DNA of 64,000 nucleotides from contig JBEUKZ010000010.1 in assembly GCA_048128005.1 (NCBI GenBank), forward strand, positions 372,001 to 436,000. Direction: 5' to 3'. Made by a program: the position numbers and the translations under genes. This DNA comes from Veleropilina oligotropha (taxonomy: Eukaryota). Under the pieces are notes generated by a model. That model was not told the origin of the DNA, made no database searches, and saw only the letters and a program-made list of their open reading frames with translations. Of the stretch, positions 49,801-61,740 are shown piece after piece; the stretch's first letter is position 1, and each line of letters opens with the position of its first letter.

Positions 49801-52800
49801 CAAAGATACCTTATGAAATATGTATCGGTGGAAAAACAGCAAATGTTATAAATGTTACACCTATACATTTTCACCTCGGAAAATTCAAATGATTATAATG
49901 ATTTTAAAGTTTGGAAGGTTTGTATTAATATATAACACTATTAAATATTTAATTTTTGTTATTTTATTAGTCTGAGCCACCAGATGAATCCAATTTAGAC
50001 TTGATAGCATCGGTTCCAGTCAAGACACGTAAGTACCCCAAATTTACAAATTAAGTTTTTACTGTTTAGTGGAAGGGATGGATCGCAATTGTTATAAAAA
50101 ACGAGATTTTATTTGGGCATATAATGATATAGTGTCCATGTATATTATTATGCATATGTACAGAAATTGAGGGAAATTTTATTTTCGTCTTAGTACGTAA
50201 AGTTGATTTTAATTAAATTTGAAACGATTTTTATTTCCGACCATATTTTACGAATTTTTCAGTCCCATGTCTGTAATTCTAACCTCGGTTTAACATCTCC
50301 TTTTGGATAACAGGGTTTAAAGCTATTTCTTCTATTAGCTTTAATCGTTAGACTAGGCCATGTCGGCCGTGCTGAAAATGAACATGCGTCCTACCATCTC
50401 ACTTAACATTAATCTGATGCCCCAGATCTGCCAGTTGAGCATTTAAGGACAGTTAACATTGAATTTATGATATAATAAAAACATGATGAACAATTTGATA
50501 CATATGTGTGACTTTGAGAACATGCTGTAAAAACATGGAATTTGATTTGTATCGTATGTAAAGAAATCTTACATTAAGTCAAACGTTATCTTAACTATTT
50601 TTTCAGAAGTTGAATTGACTGCAGCAGAAAAAGCATTGGAGGCTGGTCGGAGCTATGTTATACTTCCTAAAAAGTAAGACATGTTGAATAAATTGTGGGA
50701 ACTCGGATATTTTATAGAATTTGTTTTCATCATGTTTTGGTGACCTAAAGTAAACTTTTATAATGGTCGTGTGTCAGCAATATGAGAAGCTGACATCATA
50801 GTTTGTCTTATTTCTGTTTCCATGCTTTTATTCAAGATCGAATTCTCTGTACAGAAGTGCTGGGTAAACTAATGTTTCAATATTTTGCGTGATTTATATA
50901 TTTAAGACATTTTGTTTTATTTTGTGTGCATTTTTATTTCAAACAAAATTATCTCCCTTGGAATAAATTCTTCGAATATTTCTATTTTAGAAAGAAGAAG
51001 AAACCAAAGGTGTACATTGGCCGAATGGAGAAAGTTTCAAAGTTTTTACGAAAACCTGCCAATAAATTAAAGCGTTCGACTTCCATGCCTCGCCTCGTTC
51101 GCCCCGTTGAGCGGGATTTAAGAGTGCCGCAGTATGTATACTTTCTTGAATTCTTGAAACTACACTCTGCACCAAGTTTGGAAATTTAACTGATGCTGGT
51201 TAAGTCTGGTACTAAATTTTTCGACTAAGTTTCCATCTTTTTGTATGAATTACTTCACAGAAGATATATTATGTAATTGTATATTGGATACTAGACATCT
51301 TAATAAAATGCCTGTAACTTGCATTTTTGTTTGTAAATTGCAGTTAGCTCTTTCTTGTTATTAATGAATAATGTTTTGAAGTTATTTTTTGTATGATTCA
51401 CTTTTACTTTCAGACGAGTTCGATCTAGAAGGAGAAACAGCATCCCTGAGGTGCTGGACTTTGTCGATTACATTAAGAAGAAGAGAATGTCGTAAGTGTT
51501 ATTATAATAATCCTAACAATGTAGTATAGGGATAGTTTTGATAAAATAACTAAATGTAGATGTTCACAAAGTTTATATTCAACTAGCCTGTCTCTGAGAC
51601 ATAGTTTACTATTTGAAACCCAATTCTGATAAAATTTGTGATGCCGTCATGATAATTCATCACCAACTAAGACAGGTACTTTTCACGAATCAATTGATGC
51701 ACATATATGCTTGCTATCGTTTCAAAATATAACCTCCAACTCCAGAGCGAAACATGTATCTATGCATTCAGAGTTCCGTGCTTTAGCAATAAACCATTAG
51801 GTTTTGCCTTTTTTATTCATTTATTTACGGTTGACTCAATTTATTCCTCTTCGCAGGCCAAATGAGAACGTCCGGGAGTGGGTCCGAGGGATCTGGAACA
51901 AGTGGTTTGACCGCGTGTTTCCGCCGACCCCCAGCGGCTCCGAGGCGGAGGAGGATGACCTCGTCGGCGACATGGAGGACATACCGGTCACCAAGAAGGA
52001 GGAGAAGGTGGTCAAGGGGTGAGGATTGCAAGGTGTCGAGGCAATTTAACATACTTAAATAAACATATCAAATGTGATTATCGCGATCAACAGAAATTAA
52101 TTAATTATAATGTAACAGCATTTGAAATTTAATATCTTGTCAAGTTTGTCATTGAGCTGCCTGAGTGAGTTCATGGACACTAATCTGCAAATCTACGAGT
52201 CCTGGATTTGATGCTGCCACGATTGGACACAACATCAAGTCAGTTCATCATTCAAAGTTTATTACTTTAAAATTGATGGTGTGGTCAGCAATCATCAGAT
52301 CATCCATCTTACTTTGTATTTGGATAAATGTAAACGTTTTCCTTCATGAGTTATAGTCTGCCTGCTAGCCAGGGATAGCCTCCATCCGTCCGTCCGGTCA
52401 CATTTGGTTAAAGATTTAATGGATGAATAACTCAATCAAACCTATTTAGATGGAAAGTAGACATGTTTAGCCTTTAGTTGAAACCAAAAACAAAAAGATT
52501 TTTTTATTTATTTTGTAAAAAAAAACACTTTGAACATAGACATTTTTCGGTTACAGTTTTTGGTTAAATTTTTTTGTGTGTGTATATATCGATTGCTCAA
52601 GGAACATTTCGGCATAATGGATGTGACCTGATACTCTGGCAATGATTTACATTATAATTGTATATAAATAATGCATGATATTTAATAAAATTTAAAATAA
52701 AATAAAATGTTTTTTGACATAGAAATTTAGAAAACATTTTCGGTTTAAGTTATTCAATTACCGCATATTGATTGATCAAGACATGTTGTTGCAAGCATAT

Positions 52801-55800
52801 GCATTGGTGTATGCTTCGTAGTTGTTACCTGCTATTGCTACAGTTATATTGATTATAATTTAAATATTGCGAAATTTTATTTAAAGGGTCTGGTTAAATT
52901 TTTTTCAGTGGGTGCATATGGGTTGACTTTGTGATGCTACATGCTGCTCTGGCAGTGATGTTGCATTCATTTTAACACAAAACTGTGTTAAATTTGTGTA
53001 TTTGGACATATAAATTTTGATTAATTTAACACAAATAATGTGTTACATTTGCAAGTTTGGACAAAGTTATTCAGTGCACGTGTGCTGCTCAAGATATATT
53101 TTATACATGTATATGCTGGTTGATAGATCTAGGAATTAAAGACCAATTTCGATCAAAAATCTCCATACCATCAAAACATTGTACTAAATCTATTTCTTGC
53201 ATATATTGAATAAATGCTTTACCGCGGGGATAGCGCTATATCGATAGCACTTGTTTTTATTTTTAATTCCAATACTTGTTTCAGATGTGATTCTGTGTCC
53301 ATCATGATAAGTGAGCTGGATTACATTGAGCCACTGGAGGATAATGAAGAAAACAGGGGCATTACTGAGGTGTGCAGTAAATGATTACAGCATTTCTAAA
53401 CTACAGGACACTGTAGAGCACGTACCTCTGCTACTGGGCATTACTGAGGTGTGCAGTAAATGATTACAGCATTCATAAACTACAGGACACTCTGTAGAGC
53501 ACATGCCTCTGCTACTGGGCATTACTGAGGTGTGCAGTAAATGATTACAGCATTCATAAACTACAGAACACTCTGTAGAGCACGTACCTCTGCTACTGGG
53601 CATTACTGAGGTGTGCAGTAAATGATTACAGCATTCATAAACTACAGGACACTCTGTAGAGCACGTACCTCTGCTACTGGTCATTACTGAGGTGTACAGT
53701 AAATGATTACAGCATTCATAAACTACAGGACACTTTGTAGAGCACATACCTCTGCTACTGGGCATTACTGAGGTGTGCAGTAAATGATTACAGCATTCAT
53801 AAACTACAGGACACTTTGTAGAGCACATACCTCTGCTACTGGGCATTACTGAGGTGTGCAGTAAATGATTACAGCATTCATAAACTACAGGACACTCTGT
53901 AGAGCACGTACCTCTGCTACTGGGCATTACTGAGGTGTGCAGTAAATGATTACAGCATTTATTAACTACAGAACACTCTGTAGAGCACGTACCTCTGCTA
54001 CTGGGCATTACTGAGGTGTGCAGTAAATGATTACAGCATTCATAAACTACAGGACACTCTGTAGAGCACGTACCTCTGCTACTGGTCATTACTGAGGTGT
54101 GCAGTAAATGATTACAGCATTCATAAACTACAGGACACTCTGTAGAGCACGTACCTCTGCTACTGGTTACAGATCTGTATTTTCACTCGATCGGGAGTAA
54201 AGACAAATCGTTTCTAAAAGTTTTATTCAAATCTATCTATGACCGTATTTGCCACGAAGGCCCAGCACAATCTGACCAACTGGCTCTTGACTCATTGTCA
54301 ATATTTTTAATTAGATATAATATCATATATGGTTGAATAGGTGATCGTTCCAGACACTGGATGGGTACTGGAAGCAAAACCATCTCATCAGATAGAGATG
54401 ATAAACTGTGATGACACTGAAATACTGTGGCTTTTAAGCCTATACCGCAATCAATGAATGTTGTTATTACATGAAGTATTTATTACTGAAATGCTGATTT
54501 TAGATTTGTTTTTACAGATTTTAATGGAAGAAATTGACAAGTTGACGAGAGACATAGAATCAGCAGAGAAGCCCAAAGCGTACGATTACTGCAGAAGAGG
54601 CGCTATATACAGAAAGGTACTTTATACGGTGTCATGTAATTTGAAGATTTTAGGATTTAATCAACTAAGTTCTATTTCCTAATTTTAAGATATTAATAAT
54701 TGATATGTAAGCATTATAATTAAATAAGAATTGTGTATATGTATTATGCTCTGCTTCGTATACATGTATGGTGATATAATCTATTCATGTATCCAATTTG
54801 GATAAAAATTTAATTAGAATGTAAAACATTCATTGATGATGATATGCTTTTTATCCTCCCGATGCTAACCGGGGAGATCTTGCGATCGCCCAGTCTGTCT
54901 GTCCGTCCGTCTGTCTGTATGTAATCGATATCATTTCCGGAGCATATCTCGTACACCGTTCGACATAACTTTACAAAACTTGCTGGGTGTATTACGTAGT
55001 AGGTGAACTGGTGCATTTTGCCAGTCTCGAAGTGCGACCATTATTAAAAGAGTTATTGTCCTTGCTGTAAATTCGTGAATGTTATCTTTTCCGGAGCGTA
55101 TCTCGTACACCGCTCAACATAACTTTGTGAAACATGCTGGGTGTATTACGTAGTAGGTGAACTGATGCCTTTTGCCAGTTTCGACGTTGTGCGGCGATTA
55201 TTAACAGAGTTATTGCCCTTGCTGTAAATTCGTTAAATGTTATTTTTTCTGGAGCGTATCTCTTACACCGCTCGACAATACTTTATGAAACTTGCTGAGT
55301 GTATTAGGCTAGATTGCCCAGTCTGTCCGTCCGTCTGTATGTATGTAATCGATATCGTTTCTGGAGCATATCTCGTACACTGTTCAACATAACTTTACGA
55401 AACTTACTGGATGTATTACGTAGTAGGTGAACTGGTGCCTTTTACCAGTCACGACGTGCGACGATATTAACAGAGTTATTGCCCTTGCTATAAATTTGTG
55501 AATGTTATCTTTTCCTGGAGCGTATCTCGTACACCGCTCAACATAACTTGACGAAACATGCTGGGTGTATTACGTAGTAGGTGAAATGATGCCTTTTGCC
55601 AGCCTCGACGCTGTGCAGCACTTATTAACAGAGTTATTGCCCTTGCTGTAATTTCGTTAATGTTATATTTTCCGGAGCGTATCCCGTACACCGCTCGACA
55701 TAACTTTATGAAACTTGCTGGGTGTATTAGCCTAGATTGCCCAGTCTGTCCATCTGTCTGTCTCTATGTAATCGATATCATTTTCGGAGCATATCTCGTA

Positions 55801-58072
55801 CACCATTCGTCATAACTTTGCAAAACTTGCTGCGTGTATTATGTAGTAGGTGAACTGGTGCCTTTTGGTATTCTCGACATTTTGCGGCTATTATTAACAG
55901 AGTTATTGCCCTTCCTGTAAATTTGTGAATGTTATCTTTTCCGGAGCGTATCTCGTACACCTCTCGACATAACTTTACGAAACTTGCGGGGTGTATTAGG
56001 CTGTGTTTCCATGTATGCAGTTTATTCCTGTCCGATTATCCGCATGTGGCATTCCGCGCAGGAAATTCGTTAACGTTGCACCGGGGGGATATGTCATCTT
56101 ATAATGGCTCTTGTTCTTTCTAAATTTTACCGCGGCTATCTCTTGGGTAAAGGGAATAATTTTCAGTAAGTATTTTCTCTTAAATTAACATTCAACTTTA
56201 ATTTTATTATGATTTATATTGTTTTGTAGATTGGGCAGTTTAAGAAGGCATTGAATGACCTTAATAAGTGAGTCCTATAAATATGTCCTATAAATATGCT
56301 ATGTATAGGCTATTTCACTAGGTTTGGTTGTCTAATCGGAGAAGTCTGCAGTTAAAACACAAGGCATGAAGCATCGAGTTGTTTAACTGCACAGGCTTCT
56401 CCGATTAGACAACAAACCGAGTGATATAACCGACTTAAGCCATTGAAAAAATGTAAACAAATTTAAAATATGTGATTTTAATAAACTAATAAACCCATTT
56501 TTAGTGTAAGAAAGTAGTCCCTGTGATCTAACTGACAATATCGTTAGTCAAACCGCGGGCCAAGAATTACGTCACAACAATGTTTTAAACGTATTTAATC
56601 GATATTTAATCGATGCTTCCCCTAATACACACTCCATTGATTGATTCATTCATGTATTCTTTTTTGTAGAATTTATTATGAAACAGTTTTTAAAGGTTAC
56701 TTTGTCATTGCAAGTCACATACAGATCTCTAGCTCTAACTTCTTTTGTGTTGTTTTAAACATAAACGATAATATAAGAAAGCGTATCATTTGTATCATTT
56801 ACTGATACATGCTAAAGTGATGTGAATCCATTTTGGCATAACTTGATTAATATGACCGTTGCTCTAAACATGACCGTACGATCAAGTAAAGTAAATTTTC
56901 TGATTCTCGCATCTGTTTTAATAAAGGCAAATTAATCATTTCTTTTTCAGAGCGATTGAGATGGAGCCCACGCTGCTTGATGCATACTGGCATCGTCACC
57001 TGCTGTACCTGCTGCAGAACAAGCATACGTCGGCCATTGAAGATCTGAACTTTGTCTTGCGGCACAATAAATATCACGCAGGCTCCTACCGATCCATGTA
57101 AGTCAGTAGCAAGAGGTTATGTTTTTGTGAGGAGCTGACATGGATGTAATAGATAATACCCTGACTCCTGCAAAGATATCTTTCATAATTACCAGAGTGG
57201 AGCGAGGTGATTTATGCAAGATATCGCGCAGGGGTGTTAGGGTATTGTCTGTCATACATGCCAAGGCAATCTATTGTAAATTGCAACCTGTAACCCAGTG
57301 TGATCTCCATCATTGCACACAAAATCAATTCATTTCATCGTTCAACTCAATTTGTCCATATCCATTGTGTCAGAGTTAGTCTTTAATAATTACTTTTGTT
57401 TGGTAGGCCATGCAGGTGTTATAGGCTACCTTGGTGGTACAATGGTCAATCAACGCACCAAAATTCAAGAACTGACCACACTGGTTCGATGATGTGGAAT
57501 TGAGTTATACATCAATATATCAAGATTTTCTAATTCACATGAATAGATGTCATTGAAAAAAGAATATTGTCTGTCCTTCCTTTAAACTTTGTACAGTACC
57601 TTAATCTTCATTTCAAATGCGTATATTTAAGTTGAATATTTTTTCATTTAATATGTCATCAACAGGGCTGAGATTTACGCAAAGCAAGGCGACATCACTA
57701 TGGCAATCGTCAACTATTCTCAGGCCCTGAAGCTCAACCCGCAGGACCATGAGGCCTTCTATCGGCGGGCTCAGATGTATGAACAGGTATGTTAGAAGTT
57801 AAAACTGAAATACGAGTAGTAGACTGTAGTAGGTTAAATAAGTTTGACAAGGTTTTGGAGTACTTAGGTAAATATCTCTTGTAATTTCTAGCATGCAACA
57901 TCAGATCCAAATTCCGCAATCCATGTGTAAATGATCTTTAGTCTAAAACAATTACTTTTTTGCAGAGAGGGGATATGCGTTTGGCTCTGGAAGATTACGG
58001 AAAATCTACCAAGATCATGCCGACCAAAACAGACGCGATGCTCAAACGAGGGCTTTATTATTTTGAGCACGA
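30130..58072 (+). CDS. TTC6: Tetratricopeptide repeat protein 6-like; 31 coding exons in window (about 1353 aa), 3' part beyond the window
   Basis: GT-AG exons joining in one open frame (4061 nt): 30130-30323, 32988-33084, 33350-33470, 33948-34002, 34875-34959, 35455-35692, 36561-36745, 39365-39542, 39973-40096, 40257-40348, 42692-42739, 43222-43286, 43479-43601, 44057-44398, 44812-45006, 46784-47049, 47653-47879, 48355-48508, 49188-49272, 49653-49736, 49971-50028, 50607-50673, 50991-51131, 51414-51491, 51857-52018, 53285-53369, 54518-54616, 56230-56267, 56951-57097, 57666-57786, 57966-58072. Motifs recalled from TTC6: VREWVRGIWNKWFDRVFPP, and TPRs YCRRGAIYRKIGQFKKALNDLNKAIEMEPTLLDAYWHRHLLY...AIVNYSQALKLNPQDHEAFYRRAQMYE. 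Confidence 0.85.
30419..31573. mobile_element. Non-autonomous hAT-like element with 6-bp TSD
   Basis: CTAATG|caggccttgaaa ... tttcaaggcctt|CTAATG. Confidence 0.75.
31680..32788 (+). mobile_element. HINE/DINE-like element with about 150-bp internal tandem array (about 6.5 units)
   Basis: 5' hairpin atgcccc..ggggcat, a (ctgt)n microsatellite, about 150-bp units (the last ones near-identical at 153-bp spacing), and a 3' end of gggggcat + atcac-tcct-gtgat hairpin + ctagtt. Confidence 0.75.
33690..33830. repeat. Degenerate interstitial telomere-like (CCCTAA)n tract
   Basis: aaccataacc...cccaaccctaaccctaaccctaa...ccctaacc. Confidence 0.7.
34784..34822. repeat. (TA)n microsatellite at the end of a minus-strand HINE-like element (about 34455-34785)
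   Basis: Perfect TA run preceded by (gaca)n and short GC hairpins. Confidence 0.85.
36005..36190 (+). mobile_element. tRNA-derived SINE, family B copy
   Basis: A/B-box-like head cccgagtggatacggtgctgg...gggttcaagctcc; homologous to 3250-3440 (-). Confidence 0.7.
36799..38339 (+). mobile_element. HINE/DINE-like element containing a perfect palindrome and a tRNA-like segment
   Basis: 5' taccct..agggta hairpin plus (gtat)n; 3' gcaatc-tcctct-gattgc hairpin plus cttgtt. Confidence 0.55.
37415..37514. repeat. Perfect 100-bp spacer-less palindrome
   Basis: ataatttacaccattaagcaaggttaccgtaatctatctttctttgaaaa is followed by its exact reverse complement; centre at 37464/37465. Confidence 0.97.
40428..41417. 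repeat. Minisatellite, 32-bp unit, about 31 copies
   Basis: Unit gatgatgtaatattctgatagagaggctgctt; accounts for the ORFs 40751-41455 and 41071-41433. Confidence 0.97.
41545..42283. mobile_element. Harbinger-like MITE with CAG TSD, inserted in a family A SINE and itself carrying a SINE
   Basis: CAG|ggatgcgttgtaa ... ttacaacgcaccc|CAG. Confidence 0.65.
41999..42236 (+). mobile_element. tRNA-derived SINE, family C
   Basis: Head gatagctcaactggttagaacg...gggttcaagccc, core atagatggcatatccctaa and (caact)n tail. A partial minus-strand copy lies at about 17400-17530. Confidence 0.7.
45590..46640. mobile_element. Non-autonomous piggyBac-like element
   Basis: TTAA|cccttactg ... caggaaggg|TTAA; subterminal ccgagtatactcgg palindromes; contains (CA)n at 46201-46259. 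Confidence 0.8.
48892..49018. repeat. Minisatellite, 25-bp unit, 5 copies
   Basis: Unit ttgatattagtgatgatggttctag. Confidence 0.95.
53357..54166. repeat. Minisatellite, 81-bp unit, 10 copies, beginning inside a TTC6 exon and containing its splice donor
   Basis: Unit starts gggcattactgag|gtgtgcagtaaatga at 53357, 53436, 53517 and then every 81 bp to 54084. Confidence 0.95.
54848..56115 (+). mobile_element. HINE/DINE-like element with a higher-order internal repeat (about 425 bp x3, built from about 155-bp units)
   Basis: 5' atcctcccg..cggggagat hairpin; the gcccagtctgtc microsatellite head recurs at 54888, 55316 and 55739; 3' ccggggggat..ctcttgtt. Confidence 0.75.
56305..56540 (+). repeat. 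Fold-back dispersed repeat family (other copies at about 20915-21925 minus and 58310-58460 plus)
   Basis: Internal hairpin gttgtctaatcggagaag..tgcagttaaa / tttaactgca..cttctccgattagacaac shared by three loci. Superfamily not determined. Confidence 0.65.
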
Positions 58073-59479
58073 GTAAGATTTCTTTACAGCATAGAATACT
58101 GTTATAAATCTAGTCATAAAACATTCTATACGGCAGCAACCTACATTAAAAAATGTCAAGTGGATTATAGCGTTCCACCAAATTATGTTGAACTGACTGC
58201 TCGAGGAGTGGGTTCGTATCCTCGTCTGGGCACTTCGAACAGTTGTAGTTACAGTAGTCCATAGCTGTCCAGGGTAGACAGGGTTTGTATTGTATGGGTT
58301 ATACATGTACCATGAGATTTGGTTGTCTAAGCAGAGAAGCCCACAGATAAACCACGAGTCGCACAGCATTAAGTAGTTTAACTGCACAGGCTTCTTCGTT
58401 TATAAAACATAAAACGTGTGGTATAACTGACTTAAACCATTAAAAATGTAAACAAAGTTATTAAAAATAATGATATCTATAGCAAATATACTTACGTCCT
58501 TACTAATGCCATAATAAGCCTATTATCGCTAAATCCGGACAAGGTGGAAATGGTAATTTCGCACTTTTTAGCAAATTTAACCCAGCTGACCCACTGACCT
58601 GCTCGACCTCCTCCAGTTCATGTCTATTAAGAGCTCGCCGACTCCCGCGAGATCCTCGTGACCCAAGGGTCAAGACCTCATCCGAAGTTTTCCGTTCGAT
58701 CACACAAGTCGTGTTTTACTTTGCTCCACATTTGTTTGTGAAAATCGATCTTTTTCGAGCCTGATCTAAAGATCAATTTAGCTCATAAGATTGTTCATAG
58801 TGTTGTGTACACGTTTAGTGGAAAATTAGAGAGTTTTCCTCCTGAATAAGCCCTTCTTGGAAGTTTTTCCTGTCGACTACAGACAAAAAACGAAATCAAC
58901 ATCCTCCATTGACGACGCCATCTTGAAATTCTGAAAGAGAAAATAAAGAGGACGCTCAGAGGGATATTTAAAGAAGGAAGCTCCCTAGCAATTACTACGG
59001 AGTCAGGAGAGAGTTGTATTATTGATATTGCTTGAATTTGCATTGCATTTCATTTATATATACGATAATTCCTCAACGACGTTTTTCTTGCTATAAATTT
59101 ATATAAAATTTTATCGTCGTTGAAAAGCAGATTGTTTAGAATTTAACTATCGTTATTTTGGTAAATCTGCTAAGTCGGGGATTACACGCCGAATTCTAAC
59201 AAATTGATATATATACATCCAAGAGGTTTTAGGTGTAAAGGGCGGTTTCTGTATAAGAAAGACCTCCCGTTTCTCAATTCGTTGGCCGACTTGTAATAAA
59301 AAGATTTATCAAAGTCGGTGTTTTTGGGCGTATAATCCGCCGTAAGTTTTAAGCGTATTTCAGCCTTTTCCAACTCTCGGATCAGGTACAATCGAGGTTG
59401 TAGTAGTAATTTGGTAAACTACCCAGGAAATATCCTTATCACTTAAAATTCTATCTCCTACCTACCCGTGTAAGTAGCT

Positions 59480-61740
59480 ATGCAGCATTGCAGTGTTTCC
59501 GGGTGCCGACAGAAAATCCGTGGTTTTGACAGGCACTCCGAATGCATTATTCACCGTGTTTGTTCTAGCGATAAGAACCATCCATGTGAGCATTGTATAG
59601 CACTAACAAATCGGCAGTGGGAGACTCTTTTCCCATCGAAGAAGACGACCAGGGTGTCTTCTTCCGATGGAACAGCCACCGAGAAGCTTAAAAGTTTAGA
59701 GACAGGCTATGATTCTATTCTTTCTGTTTCAGGTACTCTCGGTAATAGCCGTGTAGGGACAGCGGCTATCGCGGGATCCGCCGTCGGAACCTCTGCGACT
59801 TTGGGAAAAGTCCCAGTATCTTCGTCGGGATCCATGGTTCAGGTACAGGCCCGAGTGCCGTCCGATTCCTCGCCTTTGGGCCTAGTAACCGCTGCTCATA
59901 GTATCTTGCCGGCCAGTAAGATACGTCGAGCGCTGCGGCGAAAAGCTGAGCAGGGCAGACAAAACCTTTCCTCTCCTCCGGCCTCGGAGGAGCAAGGCAG
60001 CGTTAGTCCTTCTGTGAGTCAAGTAACCTCGGAAACGAGGCGAAGGAGACTAGCAGAGAAAGTCGATACAGTTGCTGGGCACCACGAAAGTGGTCGAAGT
60101 CCCAGACGCTCGACGCAACCCGTCCTCTCGTCCGACAATGGCGCTAGCTTAAAGGCTAATCTCGCCACTGTCGGAGCCCACGAGAGTGATGGAACGCCAA
60201 CCTCCTCTGACGGTTCTTTTCAAGACGTCCCGGGTGGTGTGGTAGGACCGGCTGCGTTCGGGGCTGAGGCCTACGGCGGGTATACCCCCGTGCCTCACCC
60301 GAGCAGGGTTACAGACCCGTATGGACTGTGGTCGCAGTCTTACGGGTCGTTCGCACCGTTTAACGCGCCTCCGGGCCGTTTCCCTGGTAGCGGTTTCCCG
60401 ACAGGTAATCCGAGTCCCTGGTACTCGGCTCCACCTGTCCGTGCAGCCCGTCAACCATGCGCTACGGTATCCTCGAGCGGACCAATGGCTGTTGGTCCGA
60501 CGTCCGTCATGCCTCCGGGTTTCTCTCTTGAGAACGTCCAGGCTATGATTGCGACGGAAGTCGAGGCACGTTGTAGGTCCTGGCAACCGGCTACCCAGCC
60601 GCCCCAGGTCCCAACGTCTCTGACCGTAACGCCGGGCTCGGCTCATGTTTCGGTGATCGAAGTAGATTCTCGTTCCGACGAGGACACCACTCCTACTCCT
60701 CACTCTGACCTCCCTGAATCGGTCGGACCAGACGGCTCTCGTAGTCGTTCTGGCACACATGAAGCCGTCTCCGCCACCCGCCGAAGGTACGACGCTGTCG
60801 CGTCACTTCGCGGGGTGCTTGACTTGCTCGACCCGGCCCTGCCGGTAAGCGGAGTCATGCACAGGACAACGGCACGTCGGTTTGATGGGCCGGAAGCCCC
60901 CCTGCTTCCTACCCTACCCCAGTCTGGGTTGGTCTCGCTCGTCCTCGACTCGACGACCAAATCCATTCAGGGGTCCAAATCGGTGGAGACTTCCACTTTA
61001 ACGGAGTACCCTAGTGGTCTCCGTAAGGGAAGGTACCTCCGGCCCAGTAAGCGTCCGATTCCGATCGGGTGCTCTGGGACGTGTCTGGCGACTGAGCCGG
61101 TTCAGATCGATGCAGCGATGCGTCGCCTGTCGGCCAGTACGGCTCCCTCGGTAGTCAAAGTCCCATGGGTCGCCATGGAGGGCTTTGAGAGCTCGCCCGT
61201 CGAGCTCTACGGCATTCCTCCATCCAGGATTTCTTCTTGGACGGAGCTATTACCGTGCTACAACAGGATGGACCCCGCGCTCGAGAGATCGCACTGTCCT
61301 TCCTCGAAGAGGTTGCCGCCGCCACGGAGAACTACGCGTCGGAATCAGCCCGATCCTTAGGTAACGCTGTCCTACTCCGTAGAGACGCTTACCTAGACGG
61401 CACCACGTTAGATGACGCCACCCGGCAGTCTCTACGTTGCGTGCCGCTGTCGGCCCCTACTCTCTTCGGAGACAAATTCGCCGAATTTGTCGAGAAGAGA
61501 GCGACCGACCTCAAGGATCGCGCTGTTGAGAAGGCAGTCTTGGATAGTAGTACGTCGACTGCTGCCTCAAGGAAGCGCTCGGGACCGTCCCGGTCCCATA
61601 AGCCTTCCAAGCGTGCCAAACCTTCGCATAGTGGGCCTTCTCAGGCCAATAAATCTACTGCGAAAACGGCACCTCCGACCAAATCCCGTCAGAGCGGGAG
61701 AGGGAAGCCGCGGTCTAGGGTTGCCGACGCTCGCGACGAG
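59480..61740 (+). CDS. DIRS gag-like protein (1-nt frameshift at about 61194)
   Basis: N-terminal Cys/His cluster (CSVSGC...DRHSECIIHRVC..CEHC) and a long low-complexity linker. After the shift it reads ARRALRHSS...LGNAVLLRRDAYLD...LRCVPLSAPTLFG, typical of DIRS gag C-terminal regions. Confidence 0.75.

Noticed and set aside
53385..54089. Cys/His-rich 234-aa minus-strand ORF resembling a zinc-finger or metallothionein repeat
   Set aside because: Antisense reading of the 81-bp intronic array derived from the TTC6 exon-intron boundary; no promoter or splice support.
58488..58500. U1 snRNA gene (ATACTTAC)
   Set aside because: The match ends after 8 nt; no U1 stem-loops or Sm site follow.
60149..60760. 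203-aa antisense ORF within DIRS gag
   Set aside because: Expected by chance opposite a GC-rich low-complexity coding region; no motifs.
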